64,000 bases of DNA, taken from Rubripirellula sp. (GTDB lineage: Bacteria > Planctomycetota > Planctomycetia > Pirellulales > Pirellulaceae). Position numbers and translations under genes: made by a program. The notes beneath the pieces are model-generated. The model saw only the letters and a program-made list of their open reading frames with translations, did not search any database and had not been told where the DNA came from. Below are positions 43,904-52,944 of the stretch, one piece after another. Numbering within the stretch: position 1 is the stretch's first letter; each line of letters opens with the position of its first letter. The stretch is taken from the NCBI GenBank assembly GCA_965216875.1, contig OZ244207.1, positions 5,088,001 through 5,152,000 on the forward strand. Direction: 5' to 3'.

Positions 43904-46720
43904 CTACCGGCCCTCACTGGCAAGGCTGGCGACCGCCGCCTCGATTCTGCGACGACTCTCCTCATTGACCACCCAGTCGGACTGGACCGGATAGCCTGCT
44001 TCGGCTGCCGACACCAAATCGCCGACAAGCTGCCGATCATCGATTCGACGAATCAATAACACTTGATGCTGCGAATAGCCATCCCGCAGCAAACGCCATG
44101 TCCAATAGTAGGACGCGTCCGCCACGCCATCGCTCGCATTGCTGAAAGACGCATCAGCGAGGGCTACCTCGTCCTCTTCCAACATGCCAGAACTTTCCGT
44201 CGCGAGCGACTCGTCTTGATCACCGGCAAGGCCATCGTCGGAATCGGCATCAAGTACCTCTCCGACAGAAGACTCAACCGTCGCCTCTTGTTCCGATTGC
44301 TGAAGGGTGGCCGCCACGAGGGCCAAAATGTCTTCGCCGTACTGCTCGATGGTCGCCGCACCGATCCCCGAGACCGCCGCCAATTCTTCACAATTAGCTG
44401 GTTCGGCTTCCGCGACACGATCGATCGTGGCATTGGTCAAAACTCGGTAGGCAGGAATACCGAACGCCGCCGAGGTCTTGTGACGCCAACGTTTCAACTT
44501 GGCCACCAACTCTGCGTTGATCCCCGACTCCTGATCCGATTCTCCCGAGGAAGCGTCTGACTGCTTTGGCTGATCATCCGGCTCGACACTTCGCCCCGCG
44601 GCGGCAAGTCGTTTGGCGAGTGTTTTCGGCAATTGAATGAAATCAGGCATCGGGTCATGTTCGTGCATCACCCGACGTCCCACATCAGTAATGTGAATCG
44701 TTGGCCGACGCTCATCCACTTCCTTCTGTTCCAACAAACCGGCTTCGATCAACACATCCATGACTTGACCGACTTCGGTTTGGCGAAGCCCCGACATCAT
44801 GCCGTAAGTACTTAGACGATGAAGTTTCCACTGCTGTAGCTTCTTGTTCTTGGAACCGCACAGCATTTGCGAAACCATGATCTTGCCAAAGCGGCCGTGC
44901 ATTCGAGTGACGCCGCTCAGCACAACGCGAATGCCGCGGGTGAAGGCGTCGCGGTCGATCCCGTCGAGATGATTGACGCTGACCTCGTCGCCGCTCTTCA
45001 CACTGCTTGCGCCGATCGCATCACATCGGTCGCATGTCCCGCAGCTCTCTTTGGAATCATCGCCAAAGTAATTTAGAATCACTCGCTGTCGGCACATGGC
45101 GGTGCGTGCGAACGCGATGACCGCCTCAAGCTTCTCGTATTCCGACTTCTTGCGGCGTTCCAATTCGTCAAAGTCGATTTCGAGTTCGTTGAAGGGAACA
45201 TCACGCCTTGAAATATGGATCGCTCGGCCGCGAAAGGGTGGGACGTAGTCGAATGCCTTCAGCTTTTTCAGTTCGCGGAGCGTTCGTGAGAGTTGCTCAC
45301 GATCAACATCGGCCAGTTCCATCAATCGCTTTGGCCGCACAAAAACGTCATCGCCACGTCGCTCGCCGACAACGCGTTCGACGGCCTGCATCACTCGGCG
45401 ACGCAGCTTGGCTTCTTTGGGCAGGTAATCGAGCAGCGTGGGCGCGTCGCTATCGATCCGCAGCATTGCGTGATTCGAGTTGCTGTCCATTCGCTTCAGC
45501 ACGCCGGCACGAGCGAGCAACGTTTCCGCCGTTCCAATCGCCTCGCTGCCATCTTTGACGTTGATCGCTTGCCGCACTTCTTCGAGCGTCAATTCGATCG
45601 GATCTTGCTCGAGCCCCAGCAGGTATTCATAGACGCTCTTTACCGTCTCGCGGGACGGATAGCGATTCTCGATAAAGAACTCTTGGATGTATCGGTCGCT
45701 GTACGAAAACAGCAACACGCAATCGCTGTTATCGCCGTCGCGCCCGGCGCGACCAGCTTCCTGGTAGTAAGCTTCGAGACTGCCAGGCATGTTGTAGTGC
45801 ACGACATAGCGAATGTCGGACTTGTCGATCCCCATCCCAAACGCGTTGGTTGCGACAATCGCGCTCAATTTGCCCGACATGAAATCGTCTTGCACTTGCT
45901 TGCGTTGGTGTGGCTCGAGACCCGCATGATAAACACCGATCGGGCGTCCAAGACGTTGGGGCAACCACTCGGCAAGCTCTTCGCAACGTTTTCGAGTCGC
46001 CGCGTAAATGATGCCGGCACCTGTCTGCGCCGACAAATACGTTTGCAGTTGCTCTTCCTTGTCGCGATCCGAATTCGCGTGCAGCACTTTGAACCGCAGG
46101 TTCTTTCGCGCAAACCCCGTCACAAAGACGTGCGGCTTCTTCAACCCCAACAATTGGCCAATGTCGTCGCGAACCAACGGTGTCGCGGTGGCCGTGAGCG
46201 CAATGGTTTGAACGTTTTGCAGGTACCGCTCGCGAAACAGCCCCAGCCGCGAATAGTCCGGGCGAAAGTCGTGTCCCCATTCGCTCACGCAGTGCGCTTC
46301 GTCAACCGCAAGCAGAGTGACCTTGGCATCGGCGACCGCTTGCAGGAAACGGTTGTTCCGCAAGCGCTCCGGCGCGACGTAGACCATTTGCAGTTGGCCG
46401 GCCGCCATCTCGTTCATCACTTCCGCTTGCTCGCCGGCCGAAAGACTGCTGTTGATCAGTTTTGCCGAAATACCAAGTTGTTGCAGCGCATCCACTTGGT
46501 CCTTCATCAATGCGATCAAGGGCGAAACGACAATCGTGACGCCCTCGCGAGCCAAACTGGGAAGCTGGTAACAAAGACTCTTGCCACCCCCAGTCGGCAT
46601 CACGCACATCACGTCTTCGCCCGACGCAACGCTTTCGACAACGTCGCGTTGACCAGGCCGAAAATCCTTGAGCCCAAATCGCGAGAGCAGTGATGTAAGG
46701 TCAGCTACCGAGCCAGACAT
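43904..46720 (-). CDS. recQ: RecQ family ATP-dependent DNA helicase (extended; RQC, HRDC)
   Basis: MPTGGGKSLCYQ, DEAHCVSEWGHDFRPDY, TATA, ATNAFGMGIDK, YYQEAGRAGRDG, CR...YFG...CG.CD.C, HRDC-like IPAYRV. Confidence 0.94.
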   Translation of the reverse strand: MSGSVADLTSLLSRFGLKDFRPGQRDVVESVASGEDVMCVMPTGGGKSLCYQLPSLAREGVTIVVSPLIALMKDQVDALQQLGISAKLINSSLSAGEQAEVMNEMAAGQLQMVYVAPERLRNNRFLQAVADAKVTLLAVDEAHCVSEWGHDFRPDYSRLGLFRERYLQNVQTIALTATATPLVRDDIGQLLGLKKPHVFVTGFARKNLRFKVLHANSDRDKEEQLQTYLSAQTGAGIIYAATRKRCEELAEWLPQRLGRPIGVYHAGLEPHQRKQVQDDFMSGKLSAIVATNAFGMGIDKSDIRYVVHYNMPGSLEAYYQEAGRAGRDGDNSDCVLLFSYSDRYIQEFFIENRYPSRETVKSVYEYLLGLEQDPIELTLEEVRQAINVKDGSEAIGTAETLLARAGVLKRMDSNSNHAMLRIDSDAPTLLDYLPKEAKLRRRVMQAVERVVGERRGDDVFVRPKRLMELADVDREQLSRTLRELKKLKAFDYVPPFRGRAIHISRRDVPFNELEIDFDELERRKKSEYEKLEAVIAFARTAMCRQRVILNYFGDDSKESCGTCDRCDAIGASSVKSGDEVSVNHLDGIDRDAFTRGIRVVLSGVTRMHGRFGKIMVSQMLCGSKNKKLQQWKLHRLSTYGMMSGLRQTEVGQVMDVLIEAGLLEQKEVDERRPTIHITDVGRRVMHEHDPMPDFIQLPKTLAKRLAAAGRSVEPDDQPKQSDASSGESDQESGINAELVAKLKRWRHKTSAAFGIPAYRVLTNATIDRVAEAEPANCEELAAVSGIGAATIEQYGEDILALVAATLQQSEQEATVESSVGEVLDADSDDGLAGDQDESLATESSGMLEEDEVALADASFSNASDGVADASYYWTWRLLRDGYSQHQVLLIRRIDDRQLVGDLVSAAEAGYPVQSDWVVNEESRRRIEAAVASLASEGR

Positions 46721-46929
46721 GATTTTTCAAAGAGACTGATGGGCCCGTAAACCGATAGGCCCGTGAAAAGACTGTCGTTATAAGAAGTACGCTTCCGCCC
46801 GGGCAGTATACGATGGCGGGTGGCAATTTTGAAACGGCCAACTTTTGGTCGCCGATCGCCAAAGCGCAGTCCCACTCACACTCAAACGGACTCGCTTAAA
46901 ACGCCCAATCAAACGACGGCCCTGACTTC

Positions 46930-47895
46930 ATGGATGCAATCAAACTTCAAGACAGCCACGTTTCTTTTTGCAAAAACCAGCCAATCCCGACGCCAGCCGA
47001 TGACGAGGTCTTGGTTGAGGTGCTGCAAGCGGGGATCTGCGAAACCGATCTACAACTTGCCCGCGGGTACATGGGATTCCAAGGAGTGCTGGGGCACGAA
47101 TTCGTTGGTGTCGCCCAATCGGGGCGATTCTCGGGTCGACGCGTCGTCGGCGAAATCAATTGCAACTGCCGGCAGTGCCCGCGCTGCGCGTCCGGCCTAG
47201 GAAACCACTGCCCCAATCGGACGGTCATCGGCATCGACAAACACGATGGTGCGTTTGCCCAGTTCGTCAGCGTCCCCGAACATTGCCTCCACCCCGTTCC
47301 TGAATCGATCAGCAATGACCAAGCCGTTTTGGTTGAACCGCTTGCCGCTGGCTTCCAGATCCTCAGTCAGGTTTCATTCACGAGCGAGACCTCCGTGCTG
47401 ATCCTTGGTGACGGCCGGCTCGCCTACATGTCGGCGCAAGCTTTACTGACCGTCGTCGCACCGGAAAACTTGTCGATCGTTGGCAAGCATTCAGCCAAGC
47501 TGGCTCGGTTTGATCGCTGGTCCATCACGACCCACCCGCTCAACCAACTTGAAAGCGTTGAAACCAAGTCGTTCGATGTCGTGATCGACTGCACAGGATC
47601 AAAGACCGGCTTACCGCTGGCACTCCAGATGGTTCGACCGCGAGGTACCGTGGTCCTCAAGACGACCGTCGCGGGGCATCACGATCTTTCATTGGCCGCG
47701 ATCGTGATCGACGAAATCAACATTGTTGGTTCTCGATGCGGTCCCTTCGCCAAAGCAATCGAAGCGTAAGAAAACGGCCAAGTCAACGTCGACGGACTTG
47801 TCACCCACCGCTATCGACTCGACCAAGCCGATGACGCTTTTCGGAAAGCGACCGACCCGGAAGCCTTCAAAGTCGTCTTCACTGTGGCCAACTAA
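46930..47895 (+). pseudogene. Zn-dependent MDR alcohol dehydrogenase interrupted by an in-frame TAA at 47767-47769 (pseudogene or sequence error)
   Basis: GICETD, GHEFVG, C..C..C...C, GDGRLA; the frame continues past the TAA as ENGQVNVDGLVTHRYRLDQADDAFRKATDPEAFKVVFTVAN, a typical MDR C-terminus. Confidence 0.8.
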
Positions 47896-48148
47896 GTCGA
47901 GGGTAGCATCGTCCACATCCGCGATAGGTTCGCTCAATCGGCAGAGGCCGGCACGACGAACCAGCGGGCCGGTACGACGAACTGACCTTTTCGATCAGGG
48001 AAGGTGTCGCTGTCATATCGATAATCGTTGCAACCGGTACGAGATCTTCTGCTCGCCCCCCCGTTTTTGTGGATCGCCATCGGACTGAGGACTATCTTTT
48101 ACTGTCCTGAAGCCGCCCCTTTCGACCACATATCAAGGCGATTGTTCC

Positions 48149-48760
48149 ATGCCCAGGCCGCTGACGTTTCAGCTTGGCGAGTGCGAGTTCACTGGCACTC
48201 TCAAAAAAGTCGACCGCTCGAAGCTGTACGGCTACAAAGAAGTTCAAGCGTTGGATGACGAGAATGACACGTGTGATCTCGCCACGCTCGCCGGTGATGG
48301 ACGCACATTGATTGGACGCGGTGGCACAGGTCTTGGTTGGCTCGATGCCGACGGATGTTGGCAAGAAAAGTCCGACTTGAAACCCGTCGACAAAGACGGC
48401 AAAGAAATCGAACCGGTTGCGAGTTCATTTAGTGCGCCGGTCAAACTCTTCGACACTGCAACGACCGAAGACTACCTCGACCATAACGTTCGACTTGTCT
48501 ACGCCATGGACCTTGATGGCGACCTTGACGATGTGGTCGCCGAATTGAAACGAGGGACGATTTTCAAGTTCCCGTACAGCTATCGCGGCGGCCTCGAAGC
48601 CGACACCGCCTTTCTACTGACCAACGAAGCTGGCGAAATCATGATGGCTGTCGGCGATCCGGCAAGGATCGAATACATCGGCATGCAAAAGACCGCCGCA
48701 ACCGTTGTCGAAGAAGACAGCGAGGAAGAAGGCGGGCTGATGGACTTTGACATGATCTAA
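48149..48760 (+). CDS. Hypothetical protein, putative divergent Ku-core-like protein A
   Basis: Clean ORF, first in an operon with a DNA ligase; by-eye similarity to the Ku barrel (SFSAPVKLFDT..DYLDH.VRLVY ... AELKRGTIFKFPYSYRGG..TAFLL); acidic tail. Confidence is for the ORF; the Ku call is inference. Confidence 0.7.
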   Translation: MPRPLTFQLGECEFTGTLKKVDRSKLYGYKEVQALDDENDTCDLATLAGDGRTLIGRGGTGLGWLDADGCWQEKSDLKPVDKDGKEIEPVASSFSAPVKLFDTATTEDYLDHNVRLVYAMDLDGDLDDVVAELKRGTIFKFPYSYRGGLEADTAFLLTNEAGEIMMAVGDPARIEYIGMQKTAATVVEEDSEEEGGLMDFDMI

Positions 48761-48805
48761 CGGTCGGCATCTTCTTGTCCCCATTCCATTGCAAGTGAGA
48801 TTCAC

Positions 48806-49519
48806 GTGGGCGAAATCAACCTCAGCAACAGTGCTGGACGCGATGCGGTCGTTTCAACCGATAGCGTCTCAAGCTCGAAACAAACGCGTTGGCTCGATCA
48901 ACAAAGCCGACAAGCGTCAAGTGTTCGTATCGCAAAGTCGACGGTCGAGCACGATATCGATTCGCTTCTGGAAAAACATGGCGACCTCTCGGCTCTTGCC
49001 GACGCTCTCGTTGTGTCGGACCCCGAAATCGATTTCGAAAACACCGGCCGCTTCTTGAGCGAAACGTCGCGCGTCTACATCGGCCAAGATCGAAAGATCG
49101 TCCGCAACGTTCGTTTCATGGAAATCGTCAAGAACGCCGATGGCTCGGTTCGCGAAGAACGGCCGCGTGTGCTTGCCGATACGAATGTCGCAGGCGAGTC
49201 GCCGCTGAAATGGTCCGGCGTCTACATCCCGAAAGACAAGGCGATTCGCAAGTTCGTCTTCTCAGGCAAAGTGCAATTGCATCACGTCAACGGCCTGACT
49301 TTCGACTTCCTGTTTGGGATGGCCAAGGAACTTCAGCAGCGCAATTGCTTGATGCTATTGGGCGCCGGATCGAAATCGAACCAACCTCTGATCCTTCGTC
49401 GCGGTGGCACGCCTTATCGCGGCTTCCTCGAAGGCCGAATTGAAGGGGACGAGTATTGCTTGTTGCTGCATTTCTCGAACCTCGAACTGAAACTTCCTGA
49501 ACCTGGCGAAGAAGACTGA
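48806..49519 (+). CDS. Hypothetical protein, putative divergent Ku-core-like protein B
   Basis: GTG start; YIPKDKAIRKFVFSGKVQL..FLFGMAKELQQRNCLMLLG..LILRRGGTPYRGFLEG..YCLLLHFSNLEL resembles the Ku C-terminal half barrel. The Ku call is inference. Confidence 0.7.
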   Translation: MGEINLSNSAGRDAVVSTDSVSSSKQTRWLDQQSRQASSVRIAKSTVEHDIDSLLEKHGDLSALADALVVSDPEIDFENTGRFLSETSRVYIGQDRKIVRNVRFMEIVKNADGSVREERPRVLADTNVAGESPLKWSGVYIPKDKAIRKFVFSGKVQLHHVNGLTFDFLFGMAKELQQRNCLMLLGAGSKSNQPLILRRGGTPYRGFLEGRIEGDEYCLLLHFSNLELKLPEPGEED

Positions 49520-49535
49520 CTGCGGGAGAACCAAT

Positions 49536-51179
49536 ATGAGCACTGCGACTGATCTGTTGGACCGCCAGCGGTTCGAAATCAAGATGGGCGACTATGGCGT
49601 GGGTACCTCACACGCTGTCGCCGATTCGAACATTCTTGCCAAGACGCAAGACTATCGTCGACAAGCCGGTTCACGGATGATCCCGCTGGGAAAATCGGAC
49701 ATCCGAGGAAAAATCCCAGCATCGGATTATCACGTCTCACGAAAAGTCGACGGTGAGTTTACGGTTTTGGTGTACCGCGACGGCGAGATCTTTTCGATCA
49801 ACCCTGGCGGAACTGTTCGCATCGGTCTGCCATGGCAAGCCGAAGCCGCCAAAGCACTCAAGAAAGCGAACATCAACGAAGCGATGATCGCTGGCGAGCT
49901 TTACGTTCACAATGAAGAACGTCGCCCGCGCGTCCATGATGTGAGCCAAGTCGCCAGGCAACCTGACAGCGAAGCCGACCTCCAACTTCTTTGCTTTGCC
50001 GTCTTCGATGTGATTTCCATCGATCAGCAGCCCGCAAGCGAAGCCTACGCGAGCACTTGGCAAACCATCGAAAGCCTGTTTGGTGGCGGCGATCTCGTTC
50101 ACCCCGTTGAAACTCGAATCATCGCCGACACCGGTGGCATCGAACAGCTGTTTGATAAATGGGTCGAGGGAGAAGATGCCGAAGGCTTGGTCGTGCGCAG
50201 CGACAGTGCGGGATCGTTCAAAGTCAAACCTCGCCACACCGTTGATGCGGTGGTGGTCGGATTCACCGAATCGACCGACGACCGTCAAGGCATGCTCCAT
50301 GACTTACTCGTCGCCGTGATGCGCGAAGACGGAACGTTTCAGATCCTTTGCCGAGTGGGCGGTGGCTTTGATGAAGACGAACGCCGGTCATTACTTAGCG
50401 ACCTGAAAGACATGGTCGTGCCAAGCGAATACGCCGAAGTCAATTCCGATTACGTCGCTTACCAAATGGTGCGTCCCAATTGGGTCATCGAGATCAGCTG
50501 CCTTGACATGATTTCGCAGACGACCCGTGGCGGCAACATCAACCGCATGGTGCTCGACTTCGACGCCGACGACACAGGCGGCTACAAAGTCGTCCGACGC
50601 CTTCCACTTGCAACCGTGATTTCACCCCAGTTCGTTCGCATTCGCGAAGACAAACAGGTGCATCCCAAAGATGTGCGTCTTGCTCAGGTGAGTGACCGTG
50701 TTGAAGTGGCGATGACCGAGCTGGACGCCAAGAACTTTAAGCTCCCCAAAACCGAAATCTTGCACCGCGAGGTCTACACGAAAGAATCGAAGGGCCAAAC
50801 GATGGTCCGAAAATTCGTTGTGCTCAAGACAAACAAAGAAGAAGAAACCGAAGAATACCCAGCGTTCGTGCTCCATTACACGGACTTCAGCCCGAACCGC
50901 AAGGATCCTTTGTCACGCGACGTTGCGGTCAGCGATTCGAAGGAACAGATCGAGGCACTTCTGCAGACCTGCAAAGACGAGAACATCAAAAAGGGTTGGA
51001 ACGCGGTAGGGGAGGGGAGTGCGGACGCGCAAGCGGTCGCCGTCGAGGAAGCCCCGAAAAAGACCGCGAAGAAGAAGGTGACCAAAAAGAAAGTCGCCAA
51101 GAAAAAAACGGCAACCGCTGAAAAAACCGACGCGGCACCGAAGAAAAAACGAGCCACCAAGAAAAAGAAGGCGAAGTAG
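49536..51179 (+). CDS. ATP-dependent DNA ligase (adenylation + OB domains) with WGR-like C-terminal domain and Lys/Ala-rich tail
   Basis: Motif I RKVDGE, III AGELY, IIIa FAVFDV, IV EGLVVR, V FKVKP; OB domain DAVVVGF..LLVAV..RVGGGF..VRP..VIEI..PQFVRIREDK. Confidence 0.9.
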   Translation: MSTATDLLDRQRFEIKMGDYGVGTSHAVADSNILAKTQDYRRQAGSRMIPLGKSDIRGKIPASDYHVSRKVDGEFTVLVYRDGEIFSINPGGTVRIGLPWQAEAAKALKKANINEAMIAGELYVHNEERRPRVHDVSQVARQPDSEADLQLLCFAVFDVISIDQQPASEAYASTWQTIESLFGGGDLVHPVETRIIADTGGIEQLFDKWVEGEDAEGLVVRSDSAGSFKVKPRHTVDAVVVGFTESTDDRQGMLHDLLVAVMREDGTFQILCRVGGGFDEDERRSLLSDLKDMVVPSEYAEVNSDYVAYQMVRPNWVIEISCLDMISQTTRGGNINRMVLDFDADDTGGYKVVRRLPLATVISPQFVRIREDKQVHPKDVRLAQVSDRVEVAMTELDAKNFKLPKTEILHREVYTKESKGQTMVRKFVVLKTNKEEETEEYPAFVLHYTDFSPNRKDPLSRDVAVSDSKEQIEALLQTCKDENIKKGWNAVGEGSADAQAVAVEEAPKKTAKKKVTKKKVAKKKTATAEKTDAAPKKKRATKKKKAK

Positions 51180-51184
51180 CCGTC

Positions 51185-51235
51185 CTCGTCACCACGCTCC
51201 CGCGTGGTGACGCACTCTTCGGACGCTCCGCGTCC
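51185..51235. repeat. REP-like element, family D
   Basis: Copy of 1706-1754. Confidence 0.75.
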
Positions 51236-51273
51236 TCTGCGGACGTCATGCTCCGCATGACAATCGCTCGAAT

Positions 51274-51352
51274 CGTAGCTACCTTCGCCAGAAGGTGGTT
51301 TCCATTGGCAGACCGCTTCCCAACACCCCACGCTCTGGCGAGCGTAGCTACG
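51274..51352. repeat. GTAG-type REP doublet, family A
   Basis: CGTAGCTACCTTCGCCAGAAGGTGG ... CCACGCTCTGGCGAGCGTAGCTACG. Confidence 0.85.
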
Positions 51353-52379
51353 GCGAGCGTTTGTTGTCATGCACAGCATGACCTACTAGACGGAGTGTTA
51401 CCGAACGATGGTCCGAGCCGATGTCGGGACCAACGTTGTGCTGGACGCACTGGAGGTCGGTGCTGATCATCCCGTGATCAAGCACCAGCCCAAAGGCTGG
51501 GTTCGCAAACCGGGCGTACCAAGTCGGCTGCATCCCACTTGATGCACGCCTCAAGTGCGACCGACGCTCGAAGTCGCCAAAAAGCGGAGACCAAGGCGTC
51601 AAGTTCAAGTCGCCTACAAGGATCGTCGGCATCGTGTCACGATTCCTTTCCCGCGAGATCCTATCAGCAAGCTGCTTCAAGTGGTCGTTGCGTCTATCAA
51701 ATCCTCTCTTTCCCATAGGCGGAAGCGGATGAGTTGCAATCACTCGGTACTGCTTTGATTCCTTTTCAATCGTTGCTGCAATGGTGAGGATGCGATCGAC
51801 GTTTAATTCAAAGCTTTGGCAATCGGTTATCGGAAACCGGCTGTAGAGTCCGATCCCGAAATTACTGTCATCCATTGGGAATGGCTGTCGGAATGGGTAC
51901 CGTTGACCAAATTCGCTGACGATCCGATCCCCCAACGATGTACTCAATTCCAACACAGCAAAAACATCGGGACTCCTTTCGGAGATATCATCGATGATCG
52001 CCTCATGATTCCTGTTCGCCGTGTTAACGTTGGTCACCATCACTACGATCTCATTGCCGCCGGCAAGCTCAACATTTGCCGGGAGCATTGATCGAAAGAA
52101 AGACAGGTGGATCGTGATCAAGGTCGCACCGAACAAGGCCCAGCGCCATTTGCGGTAGCAGACTGACACCATCGAAACGCCCAGCAACCCGATCACTTGC
52201 TGCACGCGCAGGTTCGCAACGATGTCGGCGACCCAATGTTGCCGAGCGAAGAAAGCGGCGAGTGTCGTCACTGTGCCAATCGCAAGGCAGACAACGACTA
52301 ACGACCAAATCCGTTCAGCGGCCCATTTCAGTAGGCCCGACGATTCGGTGGGCGATGAAGACGAATCGTGATCATTCAT
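51348..52379 (-). CDS. Membrane-anchored endonuclease/exonuclease/phosphatase (EEP) family protein
   Basis: N-terminal TM segments, NV..N, PD...LE, LYSRFP, ATHP.PP, GDLN.TPWS, LDH, GSDHR. Confidence 0.88.
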   Translation of the reverse strand: MNDHDSSSSPTESSGLLKWAAERIWSLVVVCLAIGTVTTLAAFFARQHWVADIVANLRVQQVIGLLGVSMVSVCYRKWRWALFGATLITIHLSFFRSMLPANVELAGGNEIVVMVTNVNTANRNHEAIIDDISERSPDVFAVLELSTSLGDRIVSEFGQRYPFRQPFPMDDSNFGIGLYSRFPITDCQSFELNVDRILTIAATIEKESKQYRVIATHPLPPMGKRGFDRRNDHLKQLADRISRERNRDTMPTILVGDLNLTPWSPLFGDFERRSHLRRASSGMQPTWYARFANPAFGLVLDHGMISTDLQCVQHNVGPDIGSDHRSVTLRLVGHAVHDNKRSP

Positions 52380-52914
52380 CCTCAAACGCACGCTTCTGCA
52401 ATCCTCGGCCCTGCAAGTAATCGCTAATGGGCCTGGGGCAGCCTTGAAGACGTCCCTCGTCGTGCATGCGGAGATAGAAATCCCAGTAGCTGCGAACGCT
52501 GTGTTGCGAGACCAAGTATTCGATGAAGGTCTCACCAATGCAGTACAACCGGTCGTAAACCGCCGGGCAGTATTCAATGACCGGACGGTTGAGCACAAGC
52601 AGCCCGCCTTCGAGACTTGCCGTTCGCTCAAGGGTCCACTCAGCGAGATCACCACAGGTTTCGAAACGCACGTTGAAATGACAACGCTCAGACCGAGTCA
52701 GCGTCAACGTCGCTCCATCATCATGCACGTACCGAGCCCAGCGTCCGATGACATCCCGTTCCCCATCGCTCGATTGATAAACGTTGACTCCATAGTCACG
52801 CAGCAACGGGCGCAGGTCCTCGCTATCCATCGGCCGGCGTTGAAGACGCAGATCGAGGTCACGCTCGATTTCGCGATTCCGATCAGTATCCACCATCTCT
52901 GCATTCATGGTCAC
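52372..52914 (-). CDS. Hypothetical protein
   Basis: 180-aa ORF filling the gap between co-oriented genes, 8-nt overlap with the EEP gene; no recognised motif. Confidence 0.5.
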   Translation of the reverse strand: MTMNAEMVDTDRNREIERDLDLRLQRRPMDSEDLRPLLRDYGVNVYQSSDGERDVIGRWARYVHDDGATLTLTRSERCHFNVRFETCGDLAEWTLERTASLEGGLLVLNRPVIEYCPAVYDRLYCIGETFIEYLVSQHSVRSYWDFYLRMHDEGRLQGCPRPISDYLQGRGLQKRAFEDE

Positions 52915-52944
52915 TTCACCTGAGTTTGCTGGAACGAACCTTGT

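Noticed and set aside
45293..46693. 466-aa plus-strand ORF (likewise 8290-9618, 6172-7194, 37589-38461)
   Set aside because: Antisense to well-supported genes (recQ, ppx, pcm, kinase)
47723..48088. 121-aa ORF as a frameshifted continuation of the dehydrogenase
   Set aside because: The true continuation is in the original frame after the TAA; this ORF is an off-frame overlap
51348..52379. EEP nuclease as the end-processing partner of the ligase operon
   Set aside because: Convergent orientation, separated by REPs, and N-terminal TM segments typical of envelope EEP proteins
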